Shown piece by piece: positions 30,155 to 41,101 of a stretch of 55,342 nucleotides of DNA. The DNA is taken from contig JACCYN010000379.1 of NCBI GenBank assembly GCA_013696465.1, forward strand, positions 1 through 55,342. The letters run 5' to 3'. The first letter of the stretch is position 1. The number at the start of each line of letters is the position of its first letter. The position numbers were made by a program, and so were the translations under genes. Origin of the DNA: Pyrinomonadaceae bacterium (GTDB taxonomy: Bacteria; Acidobacteriota; Blastocatellia; Pyrinomonadales; Pyrinomonadaceae). Under the pieces are notes generated by a model. The model saw only the letters and a list, made by a program, of their open reading frames with translations, had not been told where the DNA came from and made no database searches.

Positions 30155-31063
30155 TCACGGGTTGATCACGTTTGCGAACAGTAAAGCGAGGATCGCCGTG
30201 CCGACGACAAGGCGATAGATGATAAAAACGCCGGTTGAATGTGTGCGCAGGAAGCGCAGCAGAAACCAGATCGAGGCGTAGCCGACGAATCCGGCGACGA
30301 TTGTTGCGACGAGGAGCGGCAGAAAACTTCCTGATGGAAGTTTCGTCACAGCTTCTCTCATCTCAAGCAAACCGCTCGCGGCAATAGCCGGGATCGAAAG
30401 AAGAAATGAGAAGCGCGCGGCCGTTTCGCGCGTTTCGCCTGCGAACAGCCCGCCCATAATGGTCGAACCCGAACGGCTTGCGCCGGGCATCAAAGCTAAA
30501 ACCTGCGCGAAGCCGACAGCGAGCGCGTCGCGCACGCCTAAGTGTGCCATCGTTCGCTCTTGCTTACCGACTTTCTCGGCGAAGGCGAGCAGCAACGCGA
30601 TAACGATCATCACGATGGCGATCACCCATAGATTTTTCGTCCCCGGCCCTTCAATCTGTTCCTTTAACGCTAAACCCACTGTGGCAATTGGCAGCGAGCC
30701 GATGATCACGAGCCAGCCGAGCTTTGCCTCTTGCGATAGATGAGTCGGAAACGAACCGCTCTGAGTCGCGTTATTACTTGTCGAATCTTTTCTTCCGATG
30801 CCTACCATTCGCAAATGATCGCGCAGGAAAGCGCGGGAGATCGCCCAGATGTCGCGGGCAAAATAGACGAAGACGGCGATGAGCGTGCCGAGTTGAATAA
30901 CAGCGATGGTCGCGGTCGTTTGTTCGGCGCGCAAAGTCTCTTCGACTCCGGCGTACAACTCTGTGAGGCGGCTGGCGAAAATTAAATGCGCAGTTGAGCT
31001 GATGGGGATAAATTCAGTGAGTCCTTGAACGATGCCGAGAATAATCGCTTGGAGAATAGTCAT
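30155..31063 (-). CDS. uppP: Undecaprenyl-diphosphatase
   Basis: GIVQGLTEFIPISSTAH, IQLGT, PGASRSGSTI, ARFSFLLSIP. Confidence 0.96.
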   Translation of the reverse strand: MTILQAIILGIVQGLTEFIPISSTAHLIFASRLTELYAGVEETLRAEQTTATIAVIQLGTLIAVFVYFARDIWAISRAFLRDHLRMVGIGRKDSTSNNATQSGSFPTHLSQEAKLGWLVIIGSLPIATVGLALKEQIEGPGTKNLWVIAIVMIVIALLLAFAEKVGKQERTMAHLGVRDALAVGFAQVLALMPGASRSGSTIMGGLFAGETRETAARFSFLLSIPAIAASGLLEMREAVTKLPSGSFLPLLVATIVAGFVGYASIWFLLRFLRTHSTGVFIIYRLVVGTAILALLFANVINP

Positions 31064-31168
31064 GCGTCGCTAATTTTATGTTCCTCTGAATTTGAAAACT
31101 TACGAACGTGAAATGTCATTTGCATCGCTCAACATCAAACGCGGAAAGCGATGTGAAAACGGATGTTC

Positions 31169-32830
31169 TTAAATTTGCACCACGACCGGCATGATTACGG
31201 GGCGCGCTCCCGTCTGTTTCTGAATAAATCTTTTAAGTTCAACGCGCACGCGCTCCTTCATAAGGCTTGCGTCGCGCCGCTCCGCGCTCGAAGCCGTCTC
31301 CACCGCTTCGGTCGCAATGCGCTGTAAGTCGCGCACGAAATCCGTCGAGCCGTTCGCTCCGAGCAATCCGTTGACGATGATTTCCGGCGAGTTTTCGAGC
31401 GCGCCCGTCTCTTCGCTGATCGTCACGACGGGAGTTACCACGCCGTCGTAAGCCAACTGTTTGCGTTGGCGGATGATCTCGGAATCAATCTCCTCGTAGC
31501 CCGATTCGTCAATAAAGGTTTGCCCGATCTCGTGTTTAGCGATCACCTGCGCGCGCTCGCCGTCAAGTTCAAGCACGTCGCCGTTTTCAATTAGGATCAC
31601 TTGATCTTCGCGGAAGCCGAGATGGTTTTTGACAAACTCTTTGTGGCGGTAGAGCATCCGGTATTCGCCGTGAATGGGGATCACGAAGTGCGGGCGCACG
31701 GCTTCGGTCATAATCCGTATGTCGTCTTGATAAGCGTGACCGGAGACGTGGACGAGCCGCCGGTTGGCGTCAATGATGTTGCCGCCCCGCTTGTAGATTT
31801 CGCCGACGAGACGCGAGATCGCGCGTTCGTTGCCGGGGATGATGCGCGCCGAGAGCACCACGGTGTCGCCGTCGCCGATCATCAATCCTTTGTATGCTCC
31901 GGTCGCCATCTGCGCGAGCACCGCGCGCGGTTCACCCTGCGAACCTGTGATGAGGAACACAACTTCATCGTCGTCCAAACGCCTTGCATCATTCAAGCTC
32001 ACGAATAAGTTGGACGGGATGTCGAGGTAGCCGAGGCGTTCAGCGATCTCGACGTTCTTCTGCATGGAGCGGCCGAGGACGCACACGCGGCGGTCGAATT
32101 GCTGCGCCACGTCGCACACAATCTGAATACGTTGAATCGAAGAAGCGAAACTTGCGACGATGATGCGCCCCCCGGACTGCGCGAATAACTCTTCAAAAGC
32201 GGGAGTGACGGCGCGCTCCGAAGGCGCGCGACCCGCGACGCTCGCGTTCGTCGAATCGGAAAGAAGAGCGAGCACGCCCTCCTGCCCGTAGCGGCGTAGG
32301 CTTCTGAGGTCAATCGGCTCGCCGATCACAGGAGTCTCGTCCGCTTTGTAATCGCCCGTGTGAATGATCGTCCCGGCGGGCGTCGTGATCGCAAGCGCGA
32401 AGCAATCAATGAGCGAGTGTGCGACGCTGATAAACTCTATCTGAAACGATCCGATTTCGATCATCTCGCGCGGCTCGACGCGATGCAGCAGCACGTCGCC
32501 GAGCAACTCGTGTTCTTCGAGTTTGCTTTCGGCGAGGGCGAGCGTGAAATGGGAAGCGTAGACGGGGAGGTTAAAGCGTTTAAGCAAATAGGGAAGCGCG
32601 CCGAGGTGGTCTTCGTGCCCGTGCGTAAGCACAATGGCGGTCAGCTCGTTGCGGTAGTCTTCTAAAAAATCGAAATTCGGGATTGATATGTCGGCGCCGT
32701 AGACGCTTTCCTCTGGAAAGCCCATCCCGGCATCAATGACGATCATTTCGTCCGCATAGCGCACAGCCATGCAGTTCATTCCAAACTCGCCGATGCCGCC
32801 GAGCGGAATGATCTCAAACGTCTTGCTCAC
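31169..32830 (-). CDS. rnj: Ribonuclease J
   Basis: PLGGIGEFGMN, THGHEDHLG, HTGDYK, SDSTN, GSQGEP, HVSGH, PIHGE. Confidence 0.96.
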   Translation of the reverse strand: MSKTFEIIPLGGIGEFGMNCMAVRYADEMIVIDAGMGFPEESVYGADISIPNFDFLEDYRNELTAIVLTHGHEDHLGALPYLLKRFNLPVYASHFTLALAESKLEEHELLGDVLLHRVEPREMIEIGSFQIEFISVAHSLIDCFALAITTPAGTIIHTGDYKADETPVIGEPIDLRSLRRYGQEGVLALLSDSTNASVAGRAPSERAVTPAFEELFAQSGGRIIVASFASSIQRIQIVCDVAQQFDRRVCVLGRSMQKNVEIAERLGYLDIPSNLFVSLNDARRLDDDEVVFLITGSQGEPRAVLAQMATGAYKGLMIGDGDTVVLSARIIPGNERAISRLVGEIYKRGGNIIDANRRLVHVSGHAYQDDIRIMTEAVRPHFVIPIHGEYRMLYRHKEFVKNHLGFREDQVILIENGDVLELDGERAQVIAKHEIGQTFIDESGYEEIDSEIIRQRKQLAYDGVVTPVVTISEETGALENSPEIIVNGLLGANGSTDFVRDLQRIATEAVETASSAERRDASLMKERVRVELKRFIQKQTGARPVIMPVVVQI

Positions 32831-32896
32831 TGTTCTTCTCTACTTCCTCGGAAACGCCCTGCGGATATACTTTCATCGAGCGGAATTAAGCCGCAC

Positions 32897-32905
32897 AGTA
32901 TAGCA
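32897..32905 (-). promoter_or_regulatory. Extended -10 promoter for rnj
   Basis: TGCTATACT about 65 bp upstream of the start. Confidence 0.55.
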
Positions 32906-32977
32906 CAAAGCGTCAGCCTTCACCGCTCCGGCAATCGGCTCCAGCAACCTGTTTGCCACCAGCAAAGTCATGCGCCG

Positions 32978-33130
32978 TTAATTAAACGGGGCGCGCCACC
33001 AAGCTCTCGTGCCGCGTTCAGGATAAAGGCCAACCATCTGAGCAATCAGCAGGTAAGCTATTCCGACTAAGAAGAAAGCCGTCGCAGCCTTGAGGATCGT
33101 TCGCACGATTGTGTGGGAGGTTAAAGTCAC
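32978..33130 (-). CDS. Putative 50-aa single-TM small protein (below the ORF track cutoff)
   Basis: GTG...TAA: MTLTSHTIVRTILKAATAFFLVGIAYLLIAQMVGLYPERGTRAWWRAPFN. Confidence 0.45.
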   Translation of the reverse strand: MTLTSHTIVRTILKAATAFFLVGIAYLLIAQMVGLYPERGTRAWWRAPFN

Positions 33131-33182
33131 TAAGAAGTTTGACGGCGGAGGTTTAAGAATTTAGCAGCGGCACGCTTTAACA

Positions 33183-34025
33183 TTAAAACGCTTGCGAGAG
33201 TCGCGCCCATTCGTCGAGCGTGAGGGTTTCGGCGCGGCGTTGCGGTTCGATTTCCGATTGACGAAGCACGCGCTCCGCTCCACCCGCCGCTTCGATGCGT
33301 GCACGTAAATCTGGCGGCGCACCGCGTCGAAGGTTATTGAAAACGGTTTTCCGGCGCTGCGCGAACCCCGCGCTTACCGTCCGCCACAGCAAACTTTCGT
33401 CCGCAACTTCCGCCGCGATTCGCGGGCGGATGCGCAGACGCACGATTGTCCCCCACACCTTCGGTCGGGGTCGGAACGCTTCAGGCTCAACGTCGAAGAG
33501 CGTTTCGGCTTCGCAGTAAGCCTCCACCAAAACCGAGAGAAAACCGCGCTCGCTCGAATTGGGCGGGGCGACGATTCTTTCCACCACTTCGCGCTGCAAC
33601 ATCAGTAACAGTTCGGTCAAACAAGCGCGTTGCGCGATCAGGCGTTGCAGGATCGCGGTCGAGATGTTGTAAGGAAGATTGGCGACGAGGCGCGCGCGTT
33701 CGGCTGGCTTGATCAACTCGCAGAAATCAATTTCGAGCGCGTCGGCTTCAACGATTCTTGTGTTGTCGCGCTCCGCAAATTTGTCCCGCAAGATCGGAAC
33801 AAGATCGCGGTCGAATTCAATGGCGAAAACTTGTCCGGCGCGCGCGGCGATGAGCGTTGTTAGCGCGCCCCGCCCCGCGCCGATCTCAATAATAGTTTCG
33901 TCTGCTCGCGGCGCAAGTTCGTTTACGATGCGTTGGACAACGCGGGAATCAACGAGAAAGTTTTGCCCGAAACTTTTTTTCGCGCGGTAATGGCTCGCGC
34001 CACGCTGTGAAGTTTGATCCCTCAC
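33183..34025 (-). CDS. rsmA: 16S rRNA m6,2A dimethyltransferase
   Basis: KKSFGQNFL, EIGAGRGALT, ANLPYNIS, LQREV, FAQRRKT, RRAETL. Confidence 0.97.
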   Translation of the reverse strand: MRDQTSQRGASHYRAKKSFGQNFLVDSRVVQRIVNELAPRADETIIEIGAGRGALTTLIAARAGQVFAIEFDRDLVPILRDKFAERDNTRIVEADALEIDFCELIKPAERARLVANLPYNISTAILQRLIAQRACLTELLLMLQREVVERIVAPPNSSERGFLSVLVEAYCEAETLFDVEPEAFRPRPKVWGTIVRLRIRPRIAAEVADESLLWRTVSAGFAQRRKTVFNNLRRGAPPDLRARIEAAGGAERVLRQSEIEPQRRAETLTLDEWARLSQAF

Positions 34026-35263
34026 TCTCGAACCACGCCATCAAACCACTGCGAAAGAGAGCGTCCTCGCCTCTGTTCGCCTTCCAGGTAGCCGCTGATC
34101 TCAACATCTTCCCCGTGCAGCGCGTGCGTCACATCCCGCAAACGCATTGCCCTCATGCTCGATGCGTTGATCGCCGTCGTCGTGTCCGCGCTGCCGATAA
34201 TTAAAGGCGCGATAAAGAAGCTAACTTTATCAATGAGTTTTTTGTTGAGAAACGCACCTGCAACCCTCGCTCCGCCTTCCACCAAAACGCTCTGCAACGA
34301 ACGGGCGTAAAGTTTTTGCAAAACGCCCGCGAGGTCTTTCGTCCCCCAAGGCAGCAACTCGACTTTGACGCCGCGCGAAGTCAACGCTTCAACTTGTCCA
34401 CTGTGACTCTGCGCTTCGTCGGCGAAAACCAGCAACGGATTATTGTCGCTCGCCGTTTTCACAAGTTGCGATTCAAGCGACAAACTTAATTTGCTATCGA
34501 GCACAACGCGCACGAGCGGACGGCGGCGCGTCCGGTTGCTCCGGTCTGTCAGCAACGGATCATCGGCGCGCACTGTGTTTGCGCCAATGAGAATCGCATC
34601 GTGCTCGTGACGCAGTTCGTGAACGCGCCCGCGCGCCCGCGTCCCCGTCAGCCAACGCGCTTCACCGCCACCCGCCAAGTTCATTTCGTCTTCTTCCTGT
34701 CTTCCGAAGTCAATGCGCCCGTCGAGCGAAGCGGCGAGTTTCAAATGCACGAACGGGCGACTCTTCAGCATCGCGCAGATGTATTTCTCGTTTTGCCGCG
34801 ACGCTTCACGCGCCAACAGCCCCACGCTCACCTCAACTCCTGCTTCAACAAGCTGGCGAAATCCTGAGCCGGAGACAAGCGGGTTCGGGTCTTCGATGGG
34901 CGCGACAACGCGACGCACTCCGGCGCGCATTAGCGCTTCGGTGCAGGGCGGCGTGCGCCCGTGATGTGCGTGCGGCTCAAGCGTAACGTAAGCGGTTGCG
35001 CCGCGTGCGCGCCCACCGGCTTCTTCGAGCGCGAGGATTTCGGCGTGGCTGACGCGTTCGTAAATGTAAAAACCTTCGCCTAAGATTTCGCCCTTATCGC
35101 TTGCGATCACGCAGCCGACGAGCGGGCTGGGACTGACTTGCCCCACGCCCCGCACGGCTAAATCGAGCGCGCGACGCATCATGCGCACATCAAATTCGAT
35201 GTGCGCGCCTTCGATTTTGTTTTCGCGCTCGACTTCTTGCGTGTTCAGTTTTCGCTCCTTCAC
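34022..35263 (-). CDS. ribD: Bifunctional riboflavin deaminase/reductase
   Basis: [48 protein letters not shown]. Confidence 0.95.
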   Translation of the reverse strand: MKERKLNTQEVERENKIEGAHIEFDVRMMRRALDLAVRGVGQVSPSPLVGCVIASDKGEILGEGFYIYERVSHAEILALEEAGGRARGATAYVTLEPHAHHGRTPPCTEALMRAGVRRVVAPIEDPNPLVSGSGFRQLVEAGVEVSVGLLAREASRQNEKYICAMLKSRPFVHLKLAASLDGRIDFGRQEEDEMNLAGGGEARWLTGTRARGRVHELRHEHDAILIGANTVRADDPLLTDRSNRTRRRPLVRVVLDSKLSLSLESQLVKTASDNNPLLVFADEAQSHSGQVEALTSRGVKVELLPWGTKDLAGVLQKLYARSLQSVLVEGGARVAGAFLNKKLIDKVSFFIAPLIIGSADTTTAINASSMRAMRLRDVTHALHGEDVEISGYLEGEQRRGRSLSQWFDGVVRE

Positions 35264-36636
35264 TCGAACAAGCTGTTGACGTATTGTTCAGCATCAAACA
35301 CCACGAGGTCGTCAACCTTTTCGCCGATTCCGGCGTAACGGATCGGGAGTCCGAGTTCTTTGGCAATGGCAACGGCGATGCCGCCCTTAGCCGTGCCGTC
35401 AAGCTTTGTCAGAACGATTCCGGTCACGCCCGCGACTTTCAAAAACTGCCTCGCCTGCTCCAAACCGTTCTGCCCCGTCACGGCATCAATCACCAGCAAC
35501 GTCTCGTGCGGCGCACTCTCGACTTCGCGTCCCGCGATGCGTTTCATCTTCTCAAGCTCGGCCATCAAGTTTGATTTGTTATGAAGGCGACCGGCCGTGT
35601 CAACGATCAGCACGTCGGACTCGCGCGCCTTCGCAGCCTTCAAGGCGTCGAAGAGAACGGCCGCCGGGTCTGTCCCCTGCTTCTGCTGGATGAGCGGAAC
35701 GCCGGTGCGCTCGGCCCAGATGGCGAGTTGATCGCTTGCTGCGGCGCGGAAGGTATCGGCGGCGCAGATCAAAACGTCGTTGCCTTCGGCCTTGATGCGC
35801 TGCGCGAGTTTGCCGATGGTCGTGGTTTTCCCGACGCCGTTGACACCGACGATCATCAGCACGTAAGGCGCGACGGACGCGCCCGTTTCCGTTTCCGACG
35901 CGATGCCGTTCCCCTCTGCTTGGCGGAAAATCTCCAACACCTGATTTTTGATCGAAGCTTTTAGCGCCTCGATGTCGTTAATCTCTTTGCGCGAAATTCC
36001 GCGCCGCACGTTTTCCAGAATCGCGAGCGTCGTCGGCACGCCGATGTCGGCGGCGATCAAAGCTTCTTCGAGGTCGTCGAGAAGTTCGGCGTCAATCTGC
36101 TTGCGGTTCTGGAAAACCGTGTCGATCTTCTCCGACAACGACTCGCGCGTGGCGGAGACGGCGCGGCGAAAACGCGCGGCGAACGCCGCCTCAAGCGCCG
36201 CTTCTTCCGCCTGCAACTCTTCAATCGAACGATTAAGTCCAAGGATCGAACTGTTGAATGGCGAGCGCGATGGAACGACGGGCGCAGGCGGGCGCGGCTT
36301 CGTTGTCTCCGGCGCAGATGCCGCCAGTGGCGCGACGGGCGGAGTCGCAACGTCGCGCTCCGGTGTGAACGCTTCCCCCGCCCTCGCTCTGTCGAGCGTT
36401 TGACTTTGCGGCAGTGAACTCGGCGCGGCTCCGGTCGGAGCGGGTTCGAGCGGCATTGGCGGGATGATTGTTTCCGGCGTTGTTTGCGCGGGCGATGCCG
36501 CACCCGCAGGCGGTTCGAGTCTTGTTTCCTGTCGCAGCGCGGTTTGCACTTCCGGCGCGACAGGTTTAGGCGCGGGCGGCTCGTTCAGGCCGAGCGTAAT
36601 AATGTCGTCTTTCTTTTTGCGTCTCCAAAAAGCCAT
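35260..36636 (-). CDS. ftsY: SRP receptor
   Basis: [32 protein letters not shown]; Pro-rich N-terminal linker. Confidence 0.97.
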   Translation of the reverse strand: MAFWRRKKKDDIITLGLNEPPAPKPVAPEVQTALRQETRLEPPAGAASPAQTTPETIIPPMPLEPAPTGAAPSSLPQSQTLDRARAGEAFTPERDVATPPVAPLAASAPETTKPRPPAPVVPSRSPFNSSILGLNRSIEELQAEEAALEAAFAARFRRAVSATRESLSEKIDTVFQNRKQIDAELLDDLEEALIAADIGVPTTLAILENVRRGISRKEINDIEALKASIKNQVLEIFRQAEGNGIASETETGASVAPYVLMIVGVNGVGKTTTIGKLAQRIKAEGNDVLICAADTFRAAASDQLAIWAERTGVPLIQQKQGTDPAAVLFDALKAAKARESDVLIVDTAGRLHNKSNLMAELEKMKRIAGREVESAPHETLLVIDAVTGQNGLEQARQFLKVAGVTGIVLTKLDGTAKGGIAVAIAKELGLPIRYAGIGEKVDDLVVFDAEQYVNSLFE

Positions 36637-36716
36637 GAAGTGATGATTACCTTAAATTTACAATTTATGCGGTGGAAGATTATAAACGCAATCGGCGCTT
36701 ATGGACAAAAGCAGCA

Positions 36717-36752
36717 AAGCCGCCGCGTTCGTGTGTACGAACGCGGCGGCTT
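36717..36752 (-). terminator. Intrinsic terminator after the HD-GYP gene
   Basis: 16-bp perfect inverted repeat AAGCCGCCGCGTTCGT/ACGAACGCGGCGGCTT, 4-nt loop. Confidence 0.75.
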
Positions 36753-36771
36753 ATCAGCAAGGGCGGAAAAC

Positions 36772-38628
36772 TTAATTTACAGGTATCGGTTCTGCCGGGA
36801 CAGTGGCTTGCTTGCCGATGCCCGTTTCGATGGAGTTTGAATTCTCTATTGACGCTCGCCTTGAACGCAGGCGCACCGTCCCAACTCCGATCTGTCCGTC
36901 TTCGCAGGCTTCAACAAGCGCGGCAACTACGATTTCGTCGTAGCGTGTGCCGATGAAAGATTTGATGCGTGCAACAGCGTCCTCCAACTTCATTCCTTTC
37001 TGGTAAGGGCGGTCGGTCGTCATCGCGTCGAAGGTGTCGGCGACGGAGATGATCCGCGCCTGCATCGGTATCTCGTCGCCTTTGAGACCTTGCGGATAAC
37101 CGTCGCCATTCATCATCTCGTGATGCATGTACATGCCCGGCAAAAACTCTTTCATCGCCGGAATGTGCGACATGATCTTGTAGCCTTTCTGCGGGTGCTG
37201 CTTCATGATCTCGAATTCTTCGGGCGTTAAATGGCCGGGCTTCTTCAAGATGTTGTCGTCAACGGCGATCTTGCCGACATCGTGGAGCAAGGCGCTCACA
37301 CGCAGTTTCTCAATTTCATCTCCCGGTAGATTCATTCTTTCGGCGATGGCGATGGAGAAGCGCGCGACGCGCTCGCTGTGACCGCGCGTGTAAGGGTCTT
37401 TGCCGTCAATGGCGGCGGCTAAAGCTTTAACGATGCCTAAAAACAGCTGGCGATTCTCTTCCGCCGCGCCTTGCAAATCTTTGATAAAGCTTTCGAGCTT
37501 ATCGGTCATCGAATTGAACGAACTGCCGAGTTCGCCGATCTCCGTGCGGTCGCGCACGTTGATGCGCTGGGAGAAATCGCCCGCCGCGATGCGGTAGGCC
37601 GCCGCCGCAAGATCGCGCACCGGATTCGTGAGTTGTTTGGCGAAGAGAAAGCCGATCAGCAAAGCGCAACCGGCCGCCAACAAGCTGATCGCAAGCGTTT
37701 GACGGCGCATCTCCGTGACAGAACTTAGGGCGGCGCGTTCGTCTTGCATGGCGACGACGCCGAGCCGGGCGTCTTTGTCGAGTTCGGCGGTCGCGTAGGA
37801 GCCGAGCATCTCGATGTCGCGCCCGTCGCGTTTAATAGAAAACGGCGCGAGCGCGGATTGCACCTGCGCGCCCGCCTCCATCCAATCGCGCACAACTTTC
37901 AAATCCGTCATCGAACGTTCCGAGAAAGCGACGCGCGCATCCGGGTGCGCCACCGCCCGCCCGTCTGCGTCAACGACGAAGATCACGGGCAATCCGGCGT
38001 TAAGCATTTCGAGTTCGCTCTGCGAAGAAGCGGGTTGTTCGACGGCGCGCGCCACGTCACTGAAAGAAATGATCCCGGCGACCGCCGCGACCACTTCGTT
38101 TCCGCCCTCGCCGCCCATCACGGGCGCGGCCACCGTCAAACTCATTTCCTGACTCGACCGGATCAAACGCGGACGCCCGACTTTGAGGCCGCTCCCCGAC
38201 ATGCTCGCCAACACATCGCCCACGCGCTCATTGGTTTCGTCGCGCCCAATCACGTCCGGCTTGTAAGCTACATGCGGTTCGCCGCCGACGGGAATGATCG
38301 CCAGCGCGAACAAATTCGGATCGTCGCCCAACATACGTTGCAGACGTCCGTCGCTTCCCTGTTCGCTCATCACGCGCACGCCGCCCGCGAGTTCAAAGGC
38401 GCGCGCGAGTCCTGCCACTACGTCGCGGTAACGCTGCCCGTAAAGCTCGATCTGCCGCGCTTTGTCGGCGACAAACTGCGCTTGATAACGCCCCTCGATT
38501 GAGCGCAGTTCATCGGCACTACGCCTCGAAAGCATCCACCCGGCGAGACCGACGGGCAGCAAGCCCACGACAAGCAGCATTCCGAGTACGATGTAGAGCA
38601 GACGAATGCGCTTAAAGGATTCAGGCAT
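36772..38628 (-). CDS. Membrane sensor (Cache-like, HAMP) HD-GYP phosphodiesterase
   Basis: Two TM, VVDADGRAVAHPD, HAMP (EIGELGSSFNSM), DPYTRGHS, LHDVGK, HHE..NGDGYP, ADTFDAMT..RPY. Confidence 0.93.
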   Translation of the reverse strand: MPESFKRIRLLYIVLGMLLVVGLLPVGLAGWMLSRRSADELRSIEGRYQAQFVADKARQIELYGQRYRDVVAGLARAFELAGGVRVMSEQGSDGRLQRMLGDDPNLFALAIIPVGGEPHVAYKPDVIGRDETNERVGDVLASMSGSGLKVGRPRLIRSSQEMSLTVAAPVMGGEGGNEVVAAVAGIISFSDVARAVEQPASSQSELEMLNAGLPVIFVVDADGRAVAHPDARVAFSERSMTDLKVVRDWMEAGAQVQSALAPFSIKRDGRDIEMLGSYATAELDKDARLGVVAMQDERAALSSVTEMRRQTLAISLLAAGCALLIGFLFAKQLTNPVRDLAAAAYRIAAGDFSQRINVRDRTEIGELGSSFNSMTDKLESFIKDLQGAAEENRQLFLGIVKALAAAIDGKDPYTRGHSERVARFSIAIAERMNLPGDEIEKLRVSALLHDVGKIAVDDNILKKPGHLTPEEFEIMKQHPQKGYKIMSHIPAMKEFLPGMYMHHEMMNGDGYPQGLKGDEIPMQARIISVADTFDAMTTDRPYQKGMKLEDAVARIKSFIGTRYDEIVVAALVEACEDGQIGVGTVRLRSRRASIENSNSIETGIGKQATVPAEPIPVN

Positions 38629-38711
38629 GAGGAAAAAAGGCGAGTGACGTGGAGCGCAAATTTGTGTTAGCTAGGACGATTGACACGCTTACCTAACGCG
38701 AAGTCAAAATA

Positions 38712-38741
38712 ATTTTATGCTTTCGCGGCGATTCTTGTCAA
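38712..38741 (-). promoter_or_regulatory. Sigma70 promoter for the HD-GYP gene
   Basis: TTGACA-18 bp-TAAAAT. Confidence 0.6.
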
Positions 38742-38921
38742 CATTGTTTAACTTTTGTTCTGAATGAGTTTTTGGCGTTGGAAAAAGCTATTTACGGGAT
38801 TTACATGCCAATAGCTGATTAAAGATTTTCGTGCGATACTTTTTCCGACTGTAGTATTGCCTCAAGCGTCTAAATTGTTGTGTGAGCGCTGACGCTTTGA
38901 TTTGTTGGTGAATTTCGAGCG

Positions 38922-39509
38922 ATGAGCATGGTGATGACTGATGAGCAGATCGTTGCGCGGGCGCAGGCTGGCGACCGCGAGGCATTCGGCGAAATTGTCA
39001 GACGCTGGCAGCGGCGCATCTTTGCGCTTGCCTACGGGATGCTCGGAAGCGCGGAAGAAGCGAACGACGTGGCGCAGGAAACATTCTTTTCCGCTTACCG
39101 GAATTTGCAAAGTTTTCGCGGCGAAGCCAAAGTTTCATCGTGGCTGCACCGCATCGCCGTCAACCAATGCATCACGCGGCAAAGGCGGCAGAAAGTTCGC
39201 CGCGAATCTCCGCTCGACGCCGAAACGGTTTTGGGCGAAACGCAAATTGCGTCGGTGACCCACGCAGAATCGCCCGCGCGCCATGCGGAAGGCAGAGCGT
39301 GCGCCAAAGACGTTCGGCAGGCCGTCGGTTCTTTGCCACCTGAGTTACGGCAGATCGTGTTGATGAAAGAATTTGAAGAGATGACGTTTCAAGAGATCGC
39401 CGACGCCCTTGAGCTGCCTTTGAGCACCGTTAAGACGCGGCTCTACACCGCGCTCAAACAACTGCGCATGAAGCTTGAGAAACACGCAGCCACCGAAACC
39501 GTGGAATGA
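38922..39509 (+). CDS. ECF sigma factor
   Basis: GDREAF, DVAQETF, FRGEAKVSSWLHRIAVN, FQEIA..L.LPLSTVKTRL. Confidence 0.95.
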   Translation: MSMVMTDEQIVARAQAGDREAFGEIVRRWQRRIFALAYGMLGSAEEANDVAQETFFSAYRNLQSFRGEAKVSSWLHRIAVNQCITRQRRQKVRRESPLDAETVLGETQIASVTHAESPARHAEGRACAKDVRQAVGSLPPELRQIVLMKEFEEMTFQEIADALELPLSTVKTRLYTALKQLRMKLEKHAATETVE

Positions 39510-39535
39510 TCGAGTGAGTTTTGAGGATAGGAATT

Positions 39536-40306
39536 ATGAACCACAGTATGAACACACCGCGCGACTGCGAACGCAGCGAAGACTTGCTCGCTTATCTTTA
39601 CAGGGAAGCGACGGCAAGCGAGCGAAAGAGTTTCGAGCAACACTTAACTCAGTGCTCCGCGTGTCGTGAAGAGCACGTGGCTTTCGGCGGCGTGCGCGAA
39701 GCCTTCGCGGGTTGGCGCGATGAGTCTTTCCGCGAAGCCGCGTCGTTTTATCCTTTCACGGAGAAGCAAAGAATTGAGAAGCGTTCGGCACTCGTGGCGG
39801 TGCGCGAGTTTTTCCGGCTCGCGCCAGTCTGGTTGCAAGCGAGCGGAGCAATCGCCGCGCTCGTCGTCTGCGCGCTTGCCGCTTCCGCGCTCGTCAACGC
39901 GGACGCTCGCCGGGAACAAAACAGAATCGCTTTCAGCACGAGTTCGCGCGAACCGCAGCGCGACGCCGCGCCGACAGTTGACGCGCCGTCGCAGAAACAT
40001 TACACACAGCAGGAAGTTGACGAGCTGATCGCCGACCGCGTGCAGCGCGGAATTGAGACTTACAGAGAGCAAGCAGCGCGCGGGTCAGCAACGACGATTG
40101 TTGCGAAAGACGCTGATCGCAAATCTTCCGCGCCTGACTCTGCAGCGTCTTCCGTTTCAACCGACGCAAAAGAAAACGGCGCGCGCCGTCGCAGTCGCAC
40201 TACCACAACGCCAGTTGGCGCGCGTGAGCGTCAAACGACTGTCGCACGTCGCAGCAACGACGACGGAGTTCCGCGCCTCTCCGATCTGCTTGATGTTGTG
40301 AATTGA
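39536..40306 (+). CDS. Zinc-binding (ZAS) transmembrane anti-sigma factor
   Basis: HLTQCSAC (HxxxCxxC), a TM segment, adjacent to the ECF sigma. Confidence 0.88.
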   Translation: MNHSMNTPRDCERSEDLLAYLYREATASERKSFEQHLTQCSACREEHVAFGGVREAFAGWRDESFREAASFYPFTEKQRIEKRSALVAVREFFRLAPVWLQASGAIAALVVCALAASALVNADARREQNRIAFSTSSREPQRDAAPTVDAPSQKHYTQQEVDELIADRVQRGIETYREQAARGSATTIVAKDADRKSSAPDSAASSVSTDAKENGARRRSRTTTTPVGARERQTTVARRSNDDGVPRLSDLLDVVN

Positions 40307-40332
40307 CGACACTGAATGGAAGTGTCTTTGAG

Positions 40333-40875
40333 ATGAAAGAACCGATGAACAACTTTGCTGTTAAATTCACCTCTTTCCTTTTCTCGTTAATCTTTATCGC
40401 TGCGGCGACTTTCGCCGCGCCGGGGCAAGAATCACAAGAGAGCGCCGCCGCCGCGCCCGCGCGAGGCAACGCGCCGCTTCTTCGCCTCCTAAATTTAACT
40501 CCTGATCAACTCGCGCAGATTCGCCGCATCCGCCAAGAAAATCAAGGCGAGTTGCGCCTCTCCTTACAGCGCCTGCGCCAAGCTCAACGCGCGCTGGATG
40601 AAGCGATCTATTCGGAAACGGCCGACGAGTCGGTGATCGAAGAACGCGCGCGGCAATTGTCCGAAGCCCAAGCCGCTCACACGCGCCTGCGTGCGCTTAC
40701 GGAATTGCGCGTGCGCCGCGTTCTTAACGCGCAGCAGTTGAAGGTCTTTCGCAACTTGCAGATGCAACGCCGCGAACACAACCGCGCGCAAAGGCGTAAC
40801 CTCAATTCTTCGCCTCTGCGCCGCAGATTAACTTCCCCGACTCGCCCCGCTCCCTCCGCGCCTCCCGACCGTTAA
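40333..40875 (+). CDS. Spy/CpxP-family periplasmic protein
   Basis: Signal peptide; LNLTPDQ and VLNAQQ LTxxQ-type motifs. Confidence 0.85.
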   Translation: MKEPMNNFAVKFTSFLFSLIFIAAATFAAPGQESQESAAAAPARGNAPLLRLLNLTPDQLAQIRRIRQENQGELRLSLQRLRQAQRALDEAIYSETADESVIEERARQLSEAQAAHTRLRALTELRVRRVLNAQQLKVFRNLQMQRREHNRAQRRNLNSSPLRRRLTSPTRPAPSAPPDR

Positions 40876-41101
40876 GCCTTTTGCCGCTTGACGCGCTCAC
40901 GTCTTTTTGCGCATCATAACCTTCGTGTTAGTTAATGTTGCCAATGGATAAGCGATCTCGCTCGCTTCAGTCGCAGCGTTTTCTGACATCTGTGTTATTG
41001 CTGTCTTCTGTTTTCCTAATTTAAGAGCATCGAGGTGTGCGCGGCGCAAGCGACTTTGGTTTCAAGCGACCTACGCGCCGTTCGCCCTTACCGCAAACTT
41101 C

